Part shown: piece after piece, positions 36,874 to 48,003 of the stretch
Layout: each line of letters begins with the position of its first letter
Position numbering within the stretch: the first letter of the stretch is position 1
NCBI GenBank assembly: GCA_963666275.2
Contig: CAXXOA010000002.1
Span: forward strand, 1,184,001-1,248,000
Direction of reading: 5' to 3'
Length of the DNA: 64,000 nt
Origin: Oceanispirochaeta sp.
Lineage (GTDB): Bacteria > Spirochaetota > Spirochaetia > DSM-2461
The notes under the pieces: generated by a model
What the model was told of the DNA's origin: nothing
The model's input: the letters and a program-made list of their open reading frames with translations, nothing else
Databases searched by the model: none
Made by a program: the position numbers and the translations under genes

Positions 36874-38197
36874 GGTTATACCCGATCAGGCTCACCGGAT
36901 CTTTCGGCAGGACCGTCTTCAGGGTACAGCCTTTTCCGGGAGCGCTTGATATTTCAAATGATCCCCTCACCAGGGTGACCCTGTTTTCCAGACCATCCAG
37001 ACCGAAGTGCCCCTGACGTCTCTGTTTCCGGGGATCAAATCCTTTCCCGTTATCCTTTAAAATACAGACCAGATTATCCTGGCCGAAGTCAATACTCAGT
37101 TCCACGCTGCAGGATCCGGCGTGTTTGAGTATATTGGTGATTCCCTCCTGAATAAAGCGGAACAGAGTTATCAGAACCGCATAGTTATAAGCTGTGTAAT
37201 CCCCGCTGATGGAGCTGTCTACCCTGTTCCCGGCTCTCCTGAGGTTGTCCAGAAGGGGGGCTATCTCTCCCTCTACGGAGAAGTTTACATTTTTATCACT
37301 ATTCAGAATATTCAGGGACTCCCTGACATCGGCCATGGTATCTTTCGCTGTTTTCCTGGCTACTTTAATGGCATCCCAGCTCTCGTTCTGATTGCGTTCA
37401 AAATAGGCTTCCGCTTTGGAGAGCTGTATCTGTATGGCTGTCAGGGCATGGCCGACCGAATCATGGATGTCTCTGGCCAGCCGTGTCCTCTCTTCCAGCG
37501 CGGCTGTCTGTCCCACCCTTCTGGCGTACTCTCTCAGATTCTGCTCGGAGATATTCAGCTCCTTCAGAAGCTTTCTGTTCTGATCGCTATGCTCTCTGTC
37601 CTTATTCCAGAAGTAGGCGAAGAGATAGAACAGGATCATTATCAGAGAACGGTAGATTGTAAAAACAATCAGGTACTGGGATTCGCTCCGGGTAAACTGT
37701 ATAAACCCGGGAATGACAAACATCACTGAAAGGATGATGCTTATGATCAGCCCTATGGGAAAGGCGAAGGCCTCATAGGAATAGAATACGATCAGGATGA
37801 AAAAAAGAGTCAGAATGGAGTGATCAAAATTGTACTTTCCCACCAGGAGTATCAGAGCGAGCAGGACCGCCCGGACCATAAAGAGGGTAAAGGGAATCTT
37901 TCTGTCGGCAAACCGGTAGTTCCATTTTTTATATTCAAGAATTTCAAGTAGGATAAACAGAACCGAAGAAATCATGATCATGTGCCTGATCCAGGGAGGG
38001 GCACCCTCGGGCAGGGGGTACTTGTAATAGACATAGTAGTACTGAAAAGGCACCTGGAGGGTCGTGAATATAAGAATTGTCATCAGACGTAAATTACTTT
38101 TAAAATCTATGGAAGAATACAAGGTTTTCTCTCCTGAGAATGTCACTTTAAATTGTCTTATTAAAATCCCTTTCCCGCTCTCTTTAAGTCCCCTCAA
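36866..38197 (-). CDS. Membrane sensor histidine kinase (HisKA_3, DesK/NarX-like)
   Basis: EERTRLARDIHDSVGH, QEGITNILKHA, DNGKGF, GL.GL.NR; several N-terminal TM helices. Start uncertain. Confidence 0.9.
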   Translation of the reverse strand: MRGLKESGKGILIRQFKVTFSGEKTLYSSIDFKSNLRLMTILIFTTLQVPFQYYYVYYKYPLPEGAPPWIRHMIMISSVLFILLEILEYKKWNYRFADRKIPFTLFMVRAVLLALILLVGKYNFDHSILTLFFILIVFYSYEAFAFPIGLIISIILSVMFVIPGFIQFTRSESQYLIVFTIYRSLIMILFYLFAYFWNKDREHSDQNRKLLKELNISEQNLREYARRVGQTAALEERTRLARDIHDSVGHALTAIQIQLSKAEAYFERNQNESWDAIKVARKTAKDTMADVRESLNILNSDKNVNFSVEGEIAPLLDNLRRAGNRVDSSISGDYTAYNYAVLITLFRFIQEGITNILKHAGSCSVELSIDFGQDNLVCILKDNGKGFDPRKQRRQGHFGLDGLENRVTLVRGSFEISSAPGKGCTLKTVLPKDPVSLIGYNHE

Positions 38198-38438
38198 TCA
38201 TATTTTAAGGCATTTCGCATATTACCGCAGTCATATTCCGGGGGCCTCTAATCATGACCGGGGGTCCCATTATTATAGTAAATGGGATATCTCCTCTTTG
38301 CCCTCCTTTCAGGAAGTGCTGTAAATATTTTATTCTGTAATAAATAGATGCCTGCCTCTATTCCGGGTCAGAGAGATCTTTTTATTTCTCTGCAAGAAAA
38401 ATAAAAAAAGGACTGATTAGGATTATTCCTGTCCTTCT

Positions 38439-38905
<467 letters not shown>

Positions 38906-38962
38906 GTTTGTAAAATAAAAACCCATAAGCTGTAGTTGAACGGAATATCACTCTGCATTTCG

Positions 38963-39004
38963 AATCCCGTCGGAAAGAAATCTGTTTCAGCGGGATTTTT
39001 TTTT
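38963..39004 (+). terminator. Intrinsic terminator after the flavoprotein remnant
   Basis: AATCCCG…CGGGATT stem plus T run. Confidence 0.65.
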
Positions 39005-39083
39005 GCTTTGACCTCCGGGAGCCATATGCTCCTGGAAATGGTATCTTTTCCTGCTGATATAAACAGGTAGGAAGGGTTTTCGC

Positions 39084-39285
39084 TTGACGGTCCGGGGTAG
39101 AATTATTAAAGTAATTTTGAGACACCATACATGTATGGCGATGTGGTCGCTTATGTTATGTCTACGGATCTATGAAGGGCATAGTCCTCCATAGGTTTTG
39201 TAAATATATTTTGAAACCGGTTGTTAACCGGCAATTCGCTCTTTTTACCAACCTGTCGGATATTATAGCGCCGACAGGTTTTTTT
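39084..39285 (+). ncRNA. Candidate orphan small RNA (promoter to terminator, no credible ORF)
   Basis: TTGACG -17 bp- TAAAGT; several hairpins; terminator AACCTGTCGG-N11-CCGACAGGTT plus T run (39250-39285). Confidence 0.4.
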
Positions 39286-39379
39286 GCCCCCACACCCAGC
39301 TCCATCATATATTTGTATCTTTCTCTTTTGTAAGCATCATTATATCCTCTTCTCTGTTTTGAAGTCTTAGATAACTGAA

Positions 39380-40261
39380 TCAGAAGGCAGCGACCTGCTG
39401 CCTGTCCCGGGCCGGGGTGATTCCGAAACAGCGTTTATACTCTCTGCTGAACTGTGAGGAACTTTCGTATCCGACCCTCATGGCTGCGGCATTCGCCTTT
39501 TCTCCTTCCTGCTGGATCAGCTCTTTGGCTTTGTGGAGCCTGACGTTTTTTATGTACTGCAGGGGGGATGTGCTTGTCATGGACTTGAACGTGGCATGAA
39601 AGGCTGTGGAACTCATCCCTGCTTCCCTTGCCAGGGCCTGTACTTCAATAGGCTCATAGTAGTGTTCGTGGATTTTATTGATTACCCGGGATATCTGGTA
39701 AAACCCTCTATTATTAACAGCCAGCTCTCTCAGAATCTCACCATTCTCGCCGTTCAGAACTTTGAAGAGAATCTCCTTCAGGAATATGGGGCCGAGAATC
39801 CTTGTTTCGTTTTTTGATTCCAGGGTTCCCAGCATCCGGATAACAGCGTCCATGATCGGCTCTGAAAAGGGGGCATCATAAAGGCTTTTATTCAGCTGTC
39901 CTGTTCGGGGAGGTTCGGCTTCCATCTCATAGAGGATCTCGCCGATGATCTGGGGATCAATATTTATAACCAGTCCCAACATGGGATTCTCTGCTTCAAT
40001 TACCGCTTCGCACTGAACGGGCAGGGGGACTGTCTGTACGTAGTAATGAAAAGGATCGTAGGTAAACTGCTGCTCCCCGAGGAAGATATTTTTCTTTCCC
40101 TGAGCCAGCATGATTATCTGAGGATTATACAGTTGGGGCCTTTTCTTGTAGGGGGTATCTCTCCTGAACAGTCCCACTCCCTTTATCCCTGATTCTTTAA
40201 CCCCTTCTGCAGGAAGTTTCGTCAGGAGAATCTCTTTCATCTGATCTATTTTGTCACTCAT
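39380..40261 (-). CDS. AraC family regulator with AraC_N domain (YqhC-like)
   Basis: QGKK…G…YD, LA.EAGMS..AFH..FK..T..SPLQY.K..RL, VGYES.SQFSREYKR.FG. Confidence 0.93.
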   Translation of the reverse strand: MSDKIDQMKEILLTKLPAEGVKESGIKGVGLFRRDTPYKKRPQLYNPQIIMLAQGKKNIFLGEQQFTYDPFHYYVQTVPLPVQCEAVIEAENPMLGLVINIDPQIIGEILYEMEAEPPRTGQLNKSLYDAPFSEPIMDAVIRMLGTLESKNETRILGPIFLKEILFKVLNGENGEILRELAVNNRGFYQISRVINKIHEHYYEPIEVQALAREAGMSSTAFHATFKSMTSTSPLQYIKNVRLHKAKELIQQEGEKANAAAMRVGYESSSQFSREYKRCFGITPARDRQQVAAF

Positions 40262-40491
40262 AACGACCTCAGCTGTATTTTTTGATATTCTGTAGATTAT
40301 GCATTAATCCTGGAAAAAATAAACATAAATCGAGTCTGATATGTAGAAATAGGCAATTTATATGTTGAAATGGATATTTTTTTACGATCCGGAATGGATT
40401 ATCTTTTCTGTACAGGAACCGGATATGGTGCAGCAGAGCTCTCTCCGGTGACTGGTAAACGTAAAAAAACAAACAGTAAAGAGGTTAGTAT

Positions 40492-40929
40492 ATGAAGTAT
40501 AGGAATAAAGAAGAGTTTGAAAAAGTTAATATGTTCGGAACAGGTCAGCCGAATGACATGTTTGCCCAATATTTTGTGGGAAAATCTTTTCTCAATTTTA
40601 TGGTTAAACCCGGAGAGACACCCCTTTTTCTGGCCAATGTCACATTCGAGCCAGGATGCCGGAATAACTGGCATGTTCATAATGGTAAAAGCGGCGGTGG
40701 CCAGATGCTGATCTGTACAGCCGGAGAAGGCTGGTACCAGGAAGAGGGAAAAGACGCTGTCAGCCTGACCGAAGGATCATTCGTCTATATTAAAACAGGT
40801 GTGAAACACTGGCACGGTGCCAAAGCAGACAGCTGGTTCAGCCATATCTCTCTGGAGGTTCCCGGAGAAGAGTGCAGCAATGAGTGGCTTGAGCCTGTGG
40901 ATGCGGATTTTTACAACAGCCTCAAATAG
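40492..40929 (+). CDS. Cupin domain protein
   Basis: NVTFEPGCRNNWHVH…GGQ.LIC..G.GWYQE…KHWHGA..DSWFSH…EWLEPV. Confidence 0.92.
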   Translation: MKYRNKEEFEKVNMFGTGQPNDMFAQYFVGKSFLNFMVKPGETPLFLANVTFEPGCRNNWHVHNGKSGGGQMLICTAGEGWYQEEGKDAVSLTEGSFVYIKTGVKHWHGAKADSWFSHISLEVPGEECSNEWLEPVDADFYNSLK

Positions 40930-40938
40930 GAAGGAATC

Positions 40939-41700
40939 ATGGATAGAGTAGAACGGAGCGAGAAAAAGTTTAAAGAGCTTTTCGGAGATGTAAAAAGTCC
41001 CGCAGAAGCGATAGATCCGGATTTTCAGGAAATCCTGAACCGGTTTATATTCGGAGAAGTTTTTGCACAGGGTAATCTGGCTGATAAAGTCCGGGAACTG
41101 ATCACTCTGGTTGTCCTCACGACGAATCAGAACCTGGATCAGGTATCCGCCCATGTTTTCGCTGCCCTGAATGCGGGAGCATCTCCTGTGGAAATCAAGG
41201 AAGCCCTCTATCAGTGTGCTCCCTATATCGGTTTCCCCGGGACTCTGAACGCTATAAACAGAGCCAATGGGATTTTTGAAAAAGCCGGGATCCCTCTCCC
41301 CGTGGGGAGTCAGAAACAGGTAACAGAAGAGACCCGATTCGATGAAGGCCTGAAGGTCCAGAAACAGATCTTCGGAGATATTATCGATCAGATGCATAAG
41401 AGCGCATCGGACAACCTGAAACATATTCAGAACTATCTGTCTGCCTACTGTTTCGGCGATATCTATACAAGAAGCGGTCTGGATCTTCAGACCAGAGAGC
41501 TTCTGACCCTTTGTATTCTCATCTCCCTGGGGGGATGTGAGAGCCAGGTGAAATCCCACATATTCGGCAACACCAGAGTCGGGAACAGCAGGGAAACCCT
41601 GATTTCGGCTATTACCCAGTGTATGCCCTATATCGGGTTTCCCAGAACTCTGAATGCGCTGACAGCTCTGGGAGAAGTTCTTCCAGAAAAAGATGCCTGA
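40939..41700 (+). CDS. Double-domain carboxymuconolactone decarboxylase family protein
   Basis: Two repeats of RELIT…H…QC.PYIGFP..LNA. Confidence 0.92.
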   Translation: MDRVERSEKKFKELFGDVKSPAEAIDPDFQEILNRFIFGEVFAQGNLADKVRELITLVVLTTNQNLDQVSAHVFAALNAGASPVEIKEALYQCAPYIGFPGTLNAINRANGIFEKAGIPLPVGSQKQVTEETRFDEGLKVQKQIFGDIIDQMHKSASDNLKHIQNYLSAYCFGDIYTRSGLDLQTRELLTLCILISLGGCESQVKSHIFGNTRVGNSRETLISAITQCMPYIGFPRTLNALTALGEVLPEKDA

Positions 41701-41779
41701 AAACTATAGGGCCATACCGGCCCTTTCCTATTGATACATACGGCTGAAATAGCCAGAAAAACGAAGGAGATATTTTTTT

Positions 41780-42649
41780 ATGATTTTGAATGAGAGTTAT
41801 ACCCTGCCAAAGGGAGTGGAAATTCCCAAACTGGGACTGGGAACCTGGTTTATCGGGGACGATGAAGTTGTGAAGGCAGTGAAAGATGCTGTTGAAATGG
41901 GGTATCGGCATATCGATACAGCTCAGGCCTACCAGAACGAAAGAGGCGTGGGCGAGGGAGTGAAAAACTGCGGTGTTCCCAGGGAAGATCTTTTCATTAC
42001 CACAAAACTGGCGGCGGAGATCAAGTCCTATAACGAAGCTGTGAAGGCTATTGACGGCTCGCTGAAAATCATGGGACTGAACTATCTGGATCTGATGATC
42101 ATCCACAGCCCCCAGCCCTGGATGGAATACGGTGATGATGAAGATCGCTGTTTTGAAGGGAACAAAGAAGCCTGGAGAGCCCTGGAAGATGCCTATAAAG
42201 CGGGTAAAATCAAATCCATCGGAGTCTCCAACTTCCTGAAAGAGGACCTGGAAAATATTCTGGAATCCTGTACAGTCAAACCCATGGTCAACCAGGTTCT
42301 GGCCCATATTACCAACACGCCCTCCGAGCTGATTGCCTATTGCGAAAGCAAAGAGATCCTTGTCGAGGCTTATTCTCCTGTGGCCCACGGTGAGCTTATG
42401 AAAAACCAGGAAGTTCTGAAAATGGCTGAAAAATATGGCGTTTCCATTCCCCAGCTGGGAATCCGCTACTGCCTGGAACTGGGGCTTCTGCCTCTTCCCA
42501 AGACAGCCAATCCTGCGCATATGAAAAACAATGCAGATCTGGATTTCTCCATATCCGCGGAAGATCTTGAAGTTCTCAAGGGAATGAAAAAGATCGAAAA
42601 CTACGGTGACGCCAGCATGTTCCCCGTTTACGGCGGAAAGCTGAAATAA
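41780..42649 (+). CDS. Aldo/keto reductase (2,5-DKG reductase-like)
   Basis: IPKLGLGTW, GYRHIDTAQAY.NE, YLDL..IHSP, SIGVSNF, LPKT. Confidence 0.95.
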   Translation: MILNESYTLPKGVEIPKLGLGTWFIGDDEVVKAVKDAVEMGYRHIDTAQAYQNERGVGEGVKNCGVPREDLFITTKLAAEIKSYNEAVKAIDGSLKIMGLNYLDLMIIHSPQPWMEYGDDEDRCFEGNKEAWRALEDAYKAGKIKSIGVSNFLKEDLENILESCTVKPMVNQVLAHITNTPSELIAYCESKEILVEAYSPVAHGELMKNQEVLKMAEKYGVSIPQLGIRYCLELGLLPLPKTANPAHMKNNADLDFSISAEDLEVLKGMKKIENYGDASMFPVYGGKLK

Positions 42650-42991
42650 AACATTTACTCTTCCAGGCGTTTTGCTCGCTGAGGGAATAGATCCTATAGG
42701 ACATCCTGCTGAATTTTGGGCTCAGTGGGATGTCTTATTTATACGATCAAATAAGGCTTATTATTGTATTAAAAATAGTATAAAGCAATTCATAAAAGGC
42801 AATTGACCTTCCCAAAGCAGTAAGGGGTATCATGAGAGGATCAGAATGAAATGATTCAGAGAACAGCACATAAGGTTTGAGATTCCCTGTCCTTTTGTAA
42901 GATGGCAGAGTGCTAATTTTTGTCCCTCTCCTCACCGGCATGATGCAAAGGGGATGCCGTAATCCCGGAGAATCCTGTATACTCCTTAGCT

Positions 42992-43603
42992 ATGGCTATG
43001 AACAAGAGAGAGCAGCAGTATCAGAAAACCCTGGAAGCGATCAGGCAGTCTGTGGATGAACTGGTTTTGAAGGAAGGGTTTGATAAGCTGACGATTCGCG
43101 GGGTCTGCAAAAAGGCCGGGATCAATCACGGGACTTTCTATCACTATTTCAATTCAAAGGATGATCTGATTATGGATCGGCAGAAACGGTTTAATACTTT
43201 TTTTGCCGACCTCTATGAGACCAGACTTCAGCATATGACTACCAGAGACGCCCTGAAACTCTATTCAACTGAATATATTCACTATATTCAGACAAGACTT
43301 CTGCCCATGCTCATCTCCTTTGAAAAAACCCTCCTGTCTATCAGTGCCAGAGGGAAGCTGGAAGAGAATAGTGCCCAGACCATTTTAATGAAAATTATTG
43401 AAAAGGGAAAATCCGAAGGCGAGATCCTGCCGGAATACTCTACTGAAAGCCTCTACAACCTTTTCCAGATTTTCTATCTGGGAATCCGGGTCCGGTTCTG
43501 TCATACCTACGGCGAATCTCTTCCGGATGAGTCCACAGAAAGAGAGATCCTCAAGTGGATCGATACGCTTTTTGCCCCGGAACAGGAAAAAAACAGCCCC
43601 TGA
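42992..43603 (+). CDS. TetR family regulator
   Basis: GFDKLTIRGVCKKAGINHGTFYHYFNSKDD. Confidence 0.9.
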   Translation: MAMNKREQQYQKTLEAIRQSVDELVLKEGFDKLTIRGVCKKAGINHGTFYHYFNSKDDLIMDRQKRFNTFFADLYETRLQHMTTRDALKLYSTEYIHYIQTRLLPMLISFEKTLLSISARGKLEENSAQTILMKIIEKGKSEGEILPEYSTESLYNLFQIFYLGIRVRFCHTYGESLPDESTEREILKWIDTLFAPEQEKNSP

Positions 43604-43647
43604 CCCCGGCCGGGGAAAGAGGCTGATTACCAGTCTTATTCTGCAAT

Positions 43648-44559
43648 TTAAAGAAGGGAGTTTATGTAGTCGAAGCTCTCTTTCAGAGCCCTTTCCACAG
43701 ATTCATCGCTCTCTTCGTAGTTCTTGTCTTCAATTTCCATACAGGCGCAGAGGTCAAATCCGCTCTCCTTCAGAGTGTCCATGAATTTTTTCCAGTCAAT
43801 ACCGCCTTTGCCGGGAATCCGGGGATCCATATAGTTCAGAGGGTGTGTGAAAATTCCATATTCATCCAGACGTTTCTGATCCACCGAGATATCTTTCAGA
43901 TGGATATGAAAGATCCTGTCTCTGAAATCAAAAAGGGGTTTTATATAATCCATTCCCTGCAGATGCAGATGGGAGGGGTCATAGGAGAGTCCGAAATAGG
44001 GACTGGGGATCATTTCAAACATTTTTTTCCAGAGAAAAGGGGAGGACGCCAGGTTTAAACCGCCCGGCCATTCATCGGCGGAAAAGTACATGGGGCAGTT
44101 CTCAATTCCCACATACACCCCGTGCTCTTCCGCATAGCCTATAATCTCCGGCCAGACCCGACCGAATGTTTCCAGGTTTTCTTCGACGGTTCTGGACTTA
44201 TCTTTTCCGATGAATGTACTGATCCTGTTGACTCCGAGCATCCGGGCCGCTCTGATAAGAGATTTGATATGCTCTATGGCCGGACCGGAAACATCGCCGT
44301 CCGGGTCCAGAGGATTGGGGTAGTAACCAAGGGCCATGATTTCCACATCTTTTGAAGCTGCATAGTCCAGTATCTCTTTTCCCTTTTTTTCATCAAGATT
44401 TTCCGTATCTATATGGCAGGTCCCGGCATAGCGCCTGGTCCCGGTTCCGGCCGGCCAGCAGGCCAGCTCCACTGACCGGTATCCCAGACGGTCTGCCATA
44501 TCAATAACTTCTTCATAGCTTTTATTTTCAAGTATGGCGCTGAGTAATCCAAGTTTCAT
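43648..44559 (-). CDS. Sugar phosphate isomerase/epimerase (xylose-isomerase-like TIM barrel)
   Basis: IENCPM, YDPSH, HIHLKD, RIPG.G.IDW, EIED. Confidence 0.9.
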   Translation of the reverse strand: MKLGLLSAILENKSYEEVIDMADRLGYRSVELACWPAGTGTRRYAGTCHIDTENLDEKKGKEILDYAASKDVEIMALGYYPNPLDPDGDVSGPAIEHIKSLIRAARMLGVNRISTFIGKDKSRTVEENLETFGRVWPEIIGYAEEHGVYVGIENCPMYFSADEWPGGLNLASSPFLWKKMFEMIPSPYFGLSYDPSHLHLQGMDYIKPLFDFRDRIFHIHLKDISVDQKRLDEYGIFTHPLNYMDPRIPGKGGIDWKKFMDTLKESGFDLCACMEIEDKNYEESDESVERALKESFDYINSLL

Positions 44560-44560
44560 C

Positions 44561-45697
44561 TTATTCCTCTATTTTAACAAACTGATTTGATTTTGCACTT
44601 CTGTGAATGGCATCGCATATCCGCATTTCCCGCAGGCCATCGGCAAAGCGGGCGTAAAAGGTCTTTGTTGACGGTTCCAGAAAACTCCGGTAGATCTGGT
44701 TGAATCCCTGTTTGAACGCATCGGGGAATCCTTCCGCATGTCCCGAGGGAAAACTGATCAGGCCGGAGGCTTCGCCTCCCATCAGGCCCGCGTCTTTGGT
44801 CAGATTCTCATTGGCTTTGTTCCTGTAGCCCAGAATGACCTGCTCCTGGTTTTCAAGATTCCATTCCGCCGAGGATTCGGTTCCGCCTACCATCAGATGG
44901 ATCCTGTTTTTCTTTCCCGCAAACATCTGACTGATAAAACAGGTCCCTATGGCGCCGTTTTCAAACCGCAGCAGGACTGTCGCCATATCTTCCGTGTCGA
45001 TGGGAACATCCTCATACCTGTCCGCTTTTTTGTTTGAAAAAGTCAGGTTTTCTCCCACCGCTTTTTTCCGGACAGGATAAACGGTCTGGAAGTCGGCCAT
45101 CACTTCCGTTACTTTCAGGCCTGTAGTGTGCTCCGCCAGATCCACCCAGTGGGAGCCTATATCCGCCACCGCCCGGGTTGTTCCCGAAACACTGGATTCG
45201 AGTCGCCAGGAGTAGTCTGTTTCATAGAGGAGCCAGTCCTGCACATAACAGCCCGAAACAGAGATGATCTTTCCCAGTTCCTTCTTTTCAATTTTCTCTT
45301 TTATATGGTGTGTGGCGGGATAGAACCTGTTGTGAAAGTTGACTGCCGCCACCAGGTTCTTCTTTTCTGCCATTTCAGTCAGCTTCTCCGCCTCTTCGAT
45401 GGTGACTGTCATGGGTTTTTCCAGAATAACATTCACGCCCTTTGAAAGGGCATAGGACGCTATGGGGAAGTGGCTGACATTGGGGGTGCAGACATGCACA
45501 AAGTCCAGCCTCTCTTTATCCAGCATCTCCCTGTAATCACTGTAGGAGTTTTCCACCGATAGCATTTCCGCTTTCCTTTCAGCGTCGACAGGATCGCAGA
45601 CCGCTGCAATCTCCACGTATCCCAATCGGCGGATCGCTTCTATATGAGCAGCACCGATAAATCCTATCCCAATGACGGCGGTACGTATCTTTTTCAT
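44561..45697 (-). CDS. Gfo/Idh/MocA family oxidoreductase
   Basis: IGIGFIG..H, CTPN..H, EKPM, DIGSHW.D. Start ATG 45697. Confidence 0.93.
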   Translation of the reverse strand: MKKIRTAVIGIGFIGAAHIEAIRRLGYVEIAAVCDPVDAERKAEMLSVENSYSDYREMLDKERLDFVHVCTPNVSHFPIASYALSKGVNVILEKPMTVTIEEAEKLTEMAEKKNLVAAVNFHNRFYPATHHIKEKIEKKELGKIISVSGCYVQDWLLYETDYSWRLESSVSGTTRAVADIGSHWVDLAEHTTGLKVTEVMADFQTVYPVRKKAVGENLTFSNKKADRYEDVPIDTEDMATVLLRFENGAIGTCFISQMFAGKKNRIHLMVGGTESSAEWNLENQEQVILGYRNKANENLTKDAGLMGGEASGLISFPSGHAEGFPDAFKQGFNQIYRSFLEPSTKTFYARFADGLREMRICDAIHRSAKSNQFVKIEE

Positions 45698-45715
45698 AAT
45701 TAACCTCAATTTTCT

Positions 45716-45892
45716 ATGTAAAGCTTTACATATTTTGAATGATACAACCACATGATTGATTTGGCAATGGAAAAGTGTAAAACCGTATAAAACCGTGTTT
45801 TAACTCCTCGTATGTATAGGCATTTTTACAAATATGAAACTTTTCGTTGACAAACCCCGAAGCTATGCTAGATTGAATGTAAAGCTTTACAT
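45716..45892. promoter_or_regulatory. Divergent promoter region with two identical perfect LacI-type operators
   Basis: ATGTAAAGCTTTACAT at 45716-45731 and 45877-45892; TTGACA at 45847 for the rightward promoter. Confidence 0.85.
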
Positions 45893-45904
45893 AGGAGTCG
45901 GCTG

Positions 45905-46900
45905 TTGAATCTTACGGATATTGCCCAAATGTGCGGTGTGTCAATTGCAACGGTTTCGCGGGTTATCAATAACGATCCCCGGGTGGCCAGGAAAACGAAG
46001 TTGAAGGTTATGAAGGTCATAGAAGAAAATGACTTCGTTCCCAACACTTCCGGACGGCATCTGCGGACATCAAGGAGCAATAAAATCCTTGTTATGCTGC
46101 CGACTTTTTCCAACCAGTTCTATTCCCGGATCGTAGAAGGGATTGAGGACAGGGCGGACAAGATGGGGTATCAGGTTGTGGTGGTAATGACCATGCTGGA
46201 GAAGACCCTGGAAATGAAGTATCTGGACATGCTGCGGGCCAAGCAGGTGGACGGGTGCATCAATTTTTTCAGTACCTTCAACAGCGATGAGATAACGGCC
46301 ATAGCTGCCCGGTACCCCTATGTGCAGGGGTGTGAACCGACACTGGGGGCTGATGTCTCCAGTGTGGTTATAGACAATGAGAATGCCATATATACAGCAG
46401 CCATGGAATTTCTGGAACAGGGGCATACCCGGATCGCCTACATGAGCGGAGACTACTACAAATTCTCCGAGCTGAGCCGTGAGAAGGGGTACCGGCGGGC
46501 ATTGAAGGAAAAGGGGATTCCCTTTGATGAGGAGCTCCTGGGAAAGACAAACTACAGGTTCAAGGACGGGGTGGTAGAGTGTCAGAGGCTTATGAGTCTG
46601 AAAAAGCCGCCTTCTGTCATTTTGTGTACTTCCGATCCTCTGGCTATCGGTGCCATGAATTTCCTTCGATCCGGTAACTGGCCTGAACAGGTAAAGGTTA
46701 TGGGGTTTGATAATTCTGATATTACAAAGTATTACCTGCCCAGCATCTCCACCATTGCACAGCCCCGGTATGAACTGGGGACAACAGCGTTTGATCTTCT
46801 GTATGAGAAGATTGAAGACCGGAAGAGTCCGGTAAAGAAGACCATCCTTCCCTTTGAAATCATTCACAGGGAATCGACGGGTAATTTGCGATTATCATGA
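45905..46900 (+). CDS. LacI family regulator
   Basis: LTDIAQMCGVSIATVSRVIN; GFDN…P.ISTIAQP..ELG; TTG start with AGGAG RBS. Confidence 0.93.
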   Translation: MNLTDIAQMCGVSIATVSRVINNDPRVARKTKLKVMKVIEENDFVPNTSGRHLRTSRSNKILVMLPTFSNQFYSRIVEGIEDRADKMGYQVVVVMTMLEKTLEMKYLDMLRAKQVDGCINFFSTFNSDEITAIAARYPYVQGCEPTLGADVSSVVIDNENAIYTAAMEFLEQGHTRIAYMSGDYYKFSELSREKGYRRALKEKGIPFDEELLGKTNYRFKDGVVECQRLMSLKKPPSVILCTSDPLAIGAMNFLRSGNWPEQVKVMGFDNSDITKYYLPSISTIAQPRYELGTTAFDLLYEKIEDRKSPVKKTILPFEIIHRESTGNLRLS

Positions 46901-46936
46901 GGGTTCTTCCCCGTGATTAAATATTGGAGGGTTTCA

Positions 46937-47944
46937 ATGAAAAAGAAAATGTTTCTAATGGTTCTGACAGTATTGTTAAGTGTCTCTTTCTGTTTTGCAT
47001 CGGGTGCACAGGATGACGGCGTCAAATCACTTGCGGTAATCATGCCCAGTGCGGACCATGGATTCCTGGGTGAAAGTATCACCCATGCGGAAAATGCTAC
47101 TGAAAAACTGGCTCAGGAGAAGGGATATAAATATCAGTTCCTGATTTCTGATGACGTGGTTGAACAGTCCAATCAGATCGATACCGTGGTTTCCCAGGGT
47201 GTGGATGCGGTTGTTCTCTGGCCCCATAACGGTGATGAGCTGAAATCAGCCGCCCAGTCTATAGTGGATGCGGGTATCCCCCTTATTATCTATGACAGAC
47301 TTATAAGCAATTTTGATGAAACCGCAGAACTTCTGGGTGACAATGACACTATCGGTGAACAGACAGGTCTTTACTTTAATGAGTATTTTAAAGATGAACT
47401 GGCTTCCGGAAAGGTTAATATCCTTGAGTTCAAAGGGGATAACTCTTCTGTTCCCATGCAGAGATCCAATGGGTTCTGGTCTACCGCCAGCCCCAATTTC
47501 AACAAGGTCAATGAATATGTAACCAACTGGAGTAAAGACAAGGCCCAGTCTCAGATGGAAGCGTTCCTGAACTCCAGTACCAAAGCCCAGGTTGAAAGCA
47601 TCGAAGCCATCTTTACTCACGATGCGGAAGTCGCTGCCGGTGTTCTGGCTGCTCTTCAGGGATACGATGGTAGTTTTGATCTGAATGTGAAACTGGTTTC
47701 CGCTGTCAGTGCTTCAAGAGAGCTTCTGGGTCTGTTTGATCACTATCAGGAACTGGGCATCGATCAGGTTGTCTACTCTTTCTCTCCTGCCATGGTTGTA
47801 GATGCCATTGAACTGGGAATCGACATTCTGGACGGAAAATCAGTTTCCGGACAGTATCTGGTTGAAACAGAAATGGTTGATAACGGGAATTACAAAGACT
47901 TTATGAAAGGTCCTGTTTACTCGCTCAGATACTCACTGTATTAA
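46937..47944 (+). CDS. Sugar ABC transporter substrate-binding protein
   Basis: Signal peptide; PSADHGF, GVDAVVLWP, GIPLIIYDR (periplasmic binding protein type I). Confidence 0.9.
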   Translation: MKKKMFLMVLTVLLSVSFCFASGAQDDGVKSLAVIMPSADHGFLGESITHAENATEKLAQEKGYKYQFLISDDVVEQSNQIDTVVSQGVDAVVLWPHNGDELKSAAQSIVDAGIPLIIYDRLISNFDETAELLGDNDTIGEQTGLYFNEYFKDELASGKVNILEFKGDNSSVPMQRSNGFWSTASPNFNKVNEYVTNWSKDKAQSQMEAFLNSSTKAQVESIEAIFTHDAEVAAGVLAALQGYDGSFDLNVKLVSAVSASRELLGLFDHYQELGIDQVVYSFSPAMVVDAIELGIDILDGKSVSGQYLVETEMVDNGNYKDFMKGPVYSLRYSLY

Positions 47945-48003
47945 GAAATTAGGGCCGGCGCATCTGTGCCGGCCTGTTTCGCGCAGTGTCATAGGGATAG
48001 TTT

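Noticed and set aside
39137..39170. GGCGATGTGGTCGC as a fluoride riboswitch
   Set aside because: The downstream pseudoknot partner and the conserved GCT…ATGAC..CTAC segment are not present.
42660..42990. 330-bp intergenic stretch with a 64-codon minus-strand ORF
   Set aside because: No RBS, motif or convincing RNA structure beyond a terminator-like hairpin (GGACATCC…GGATGTCT).
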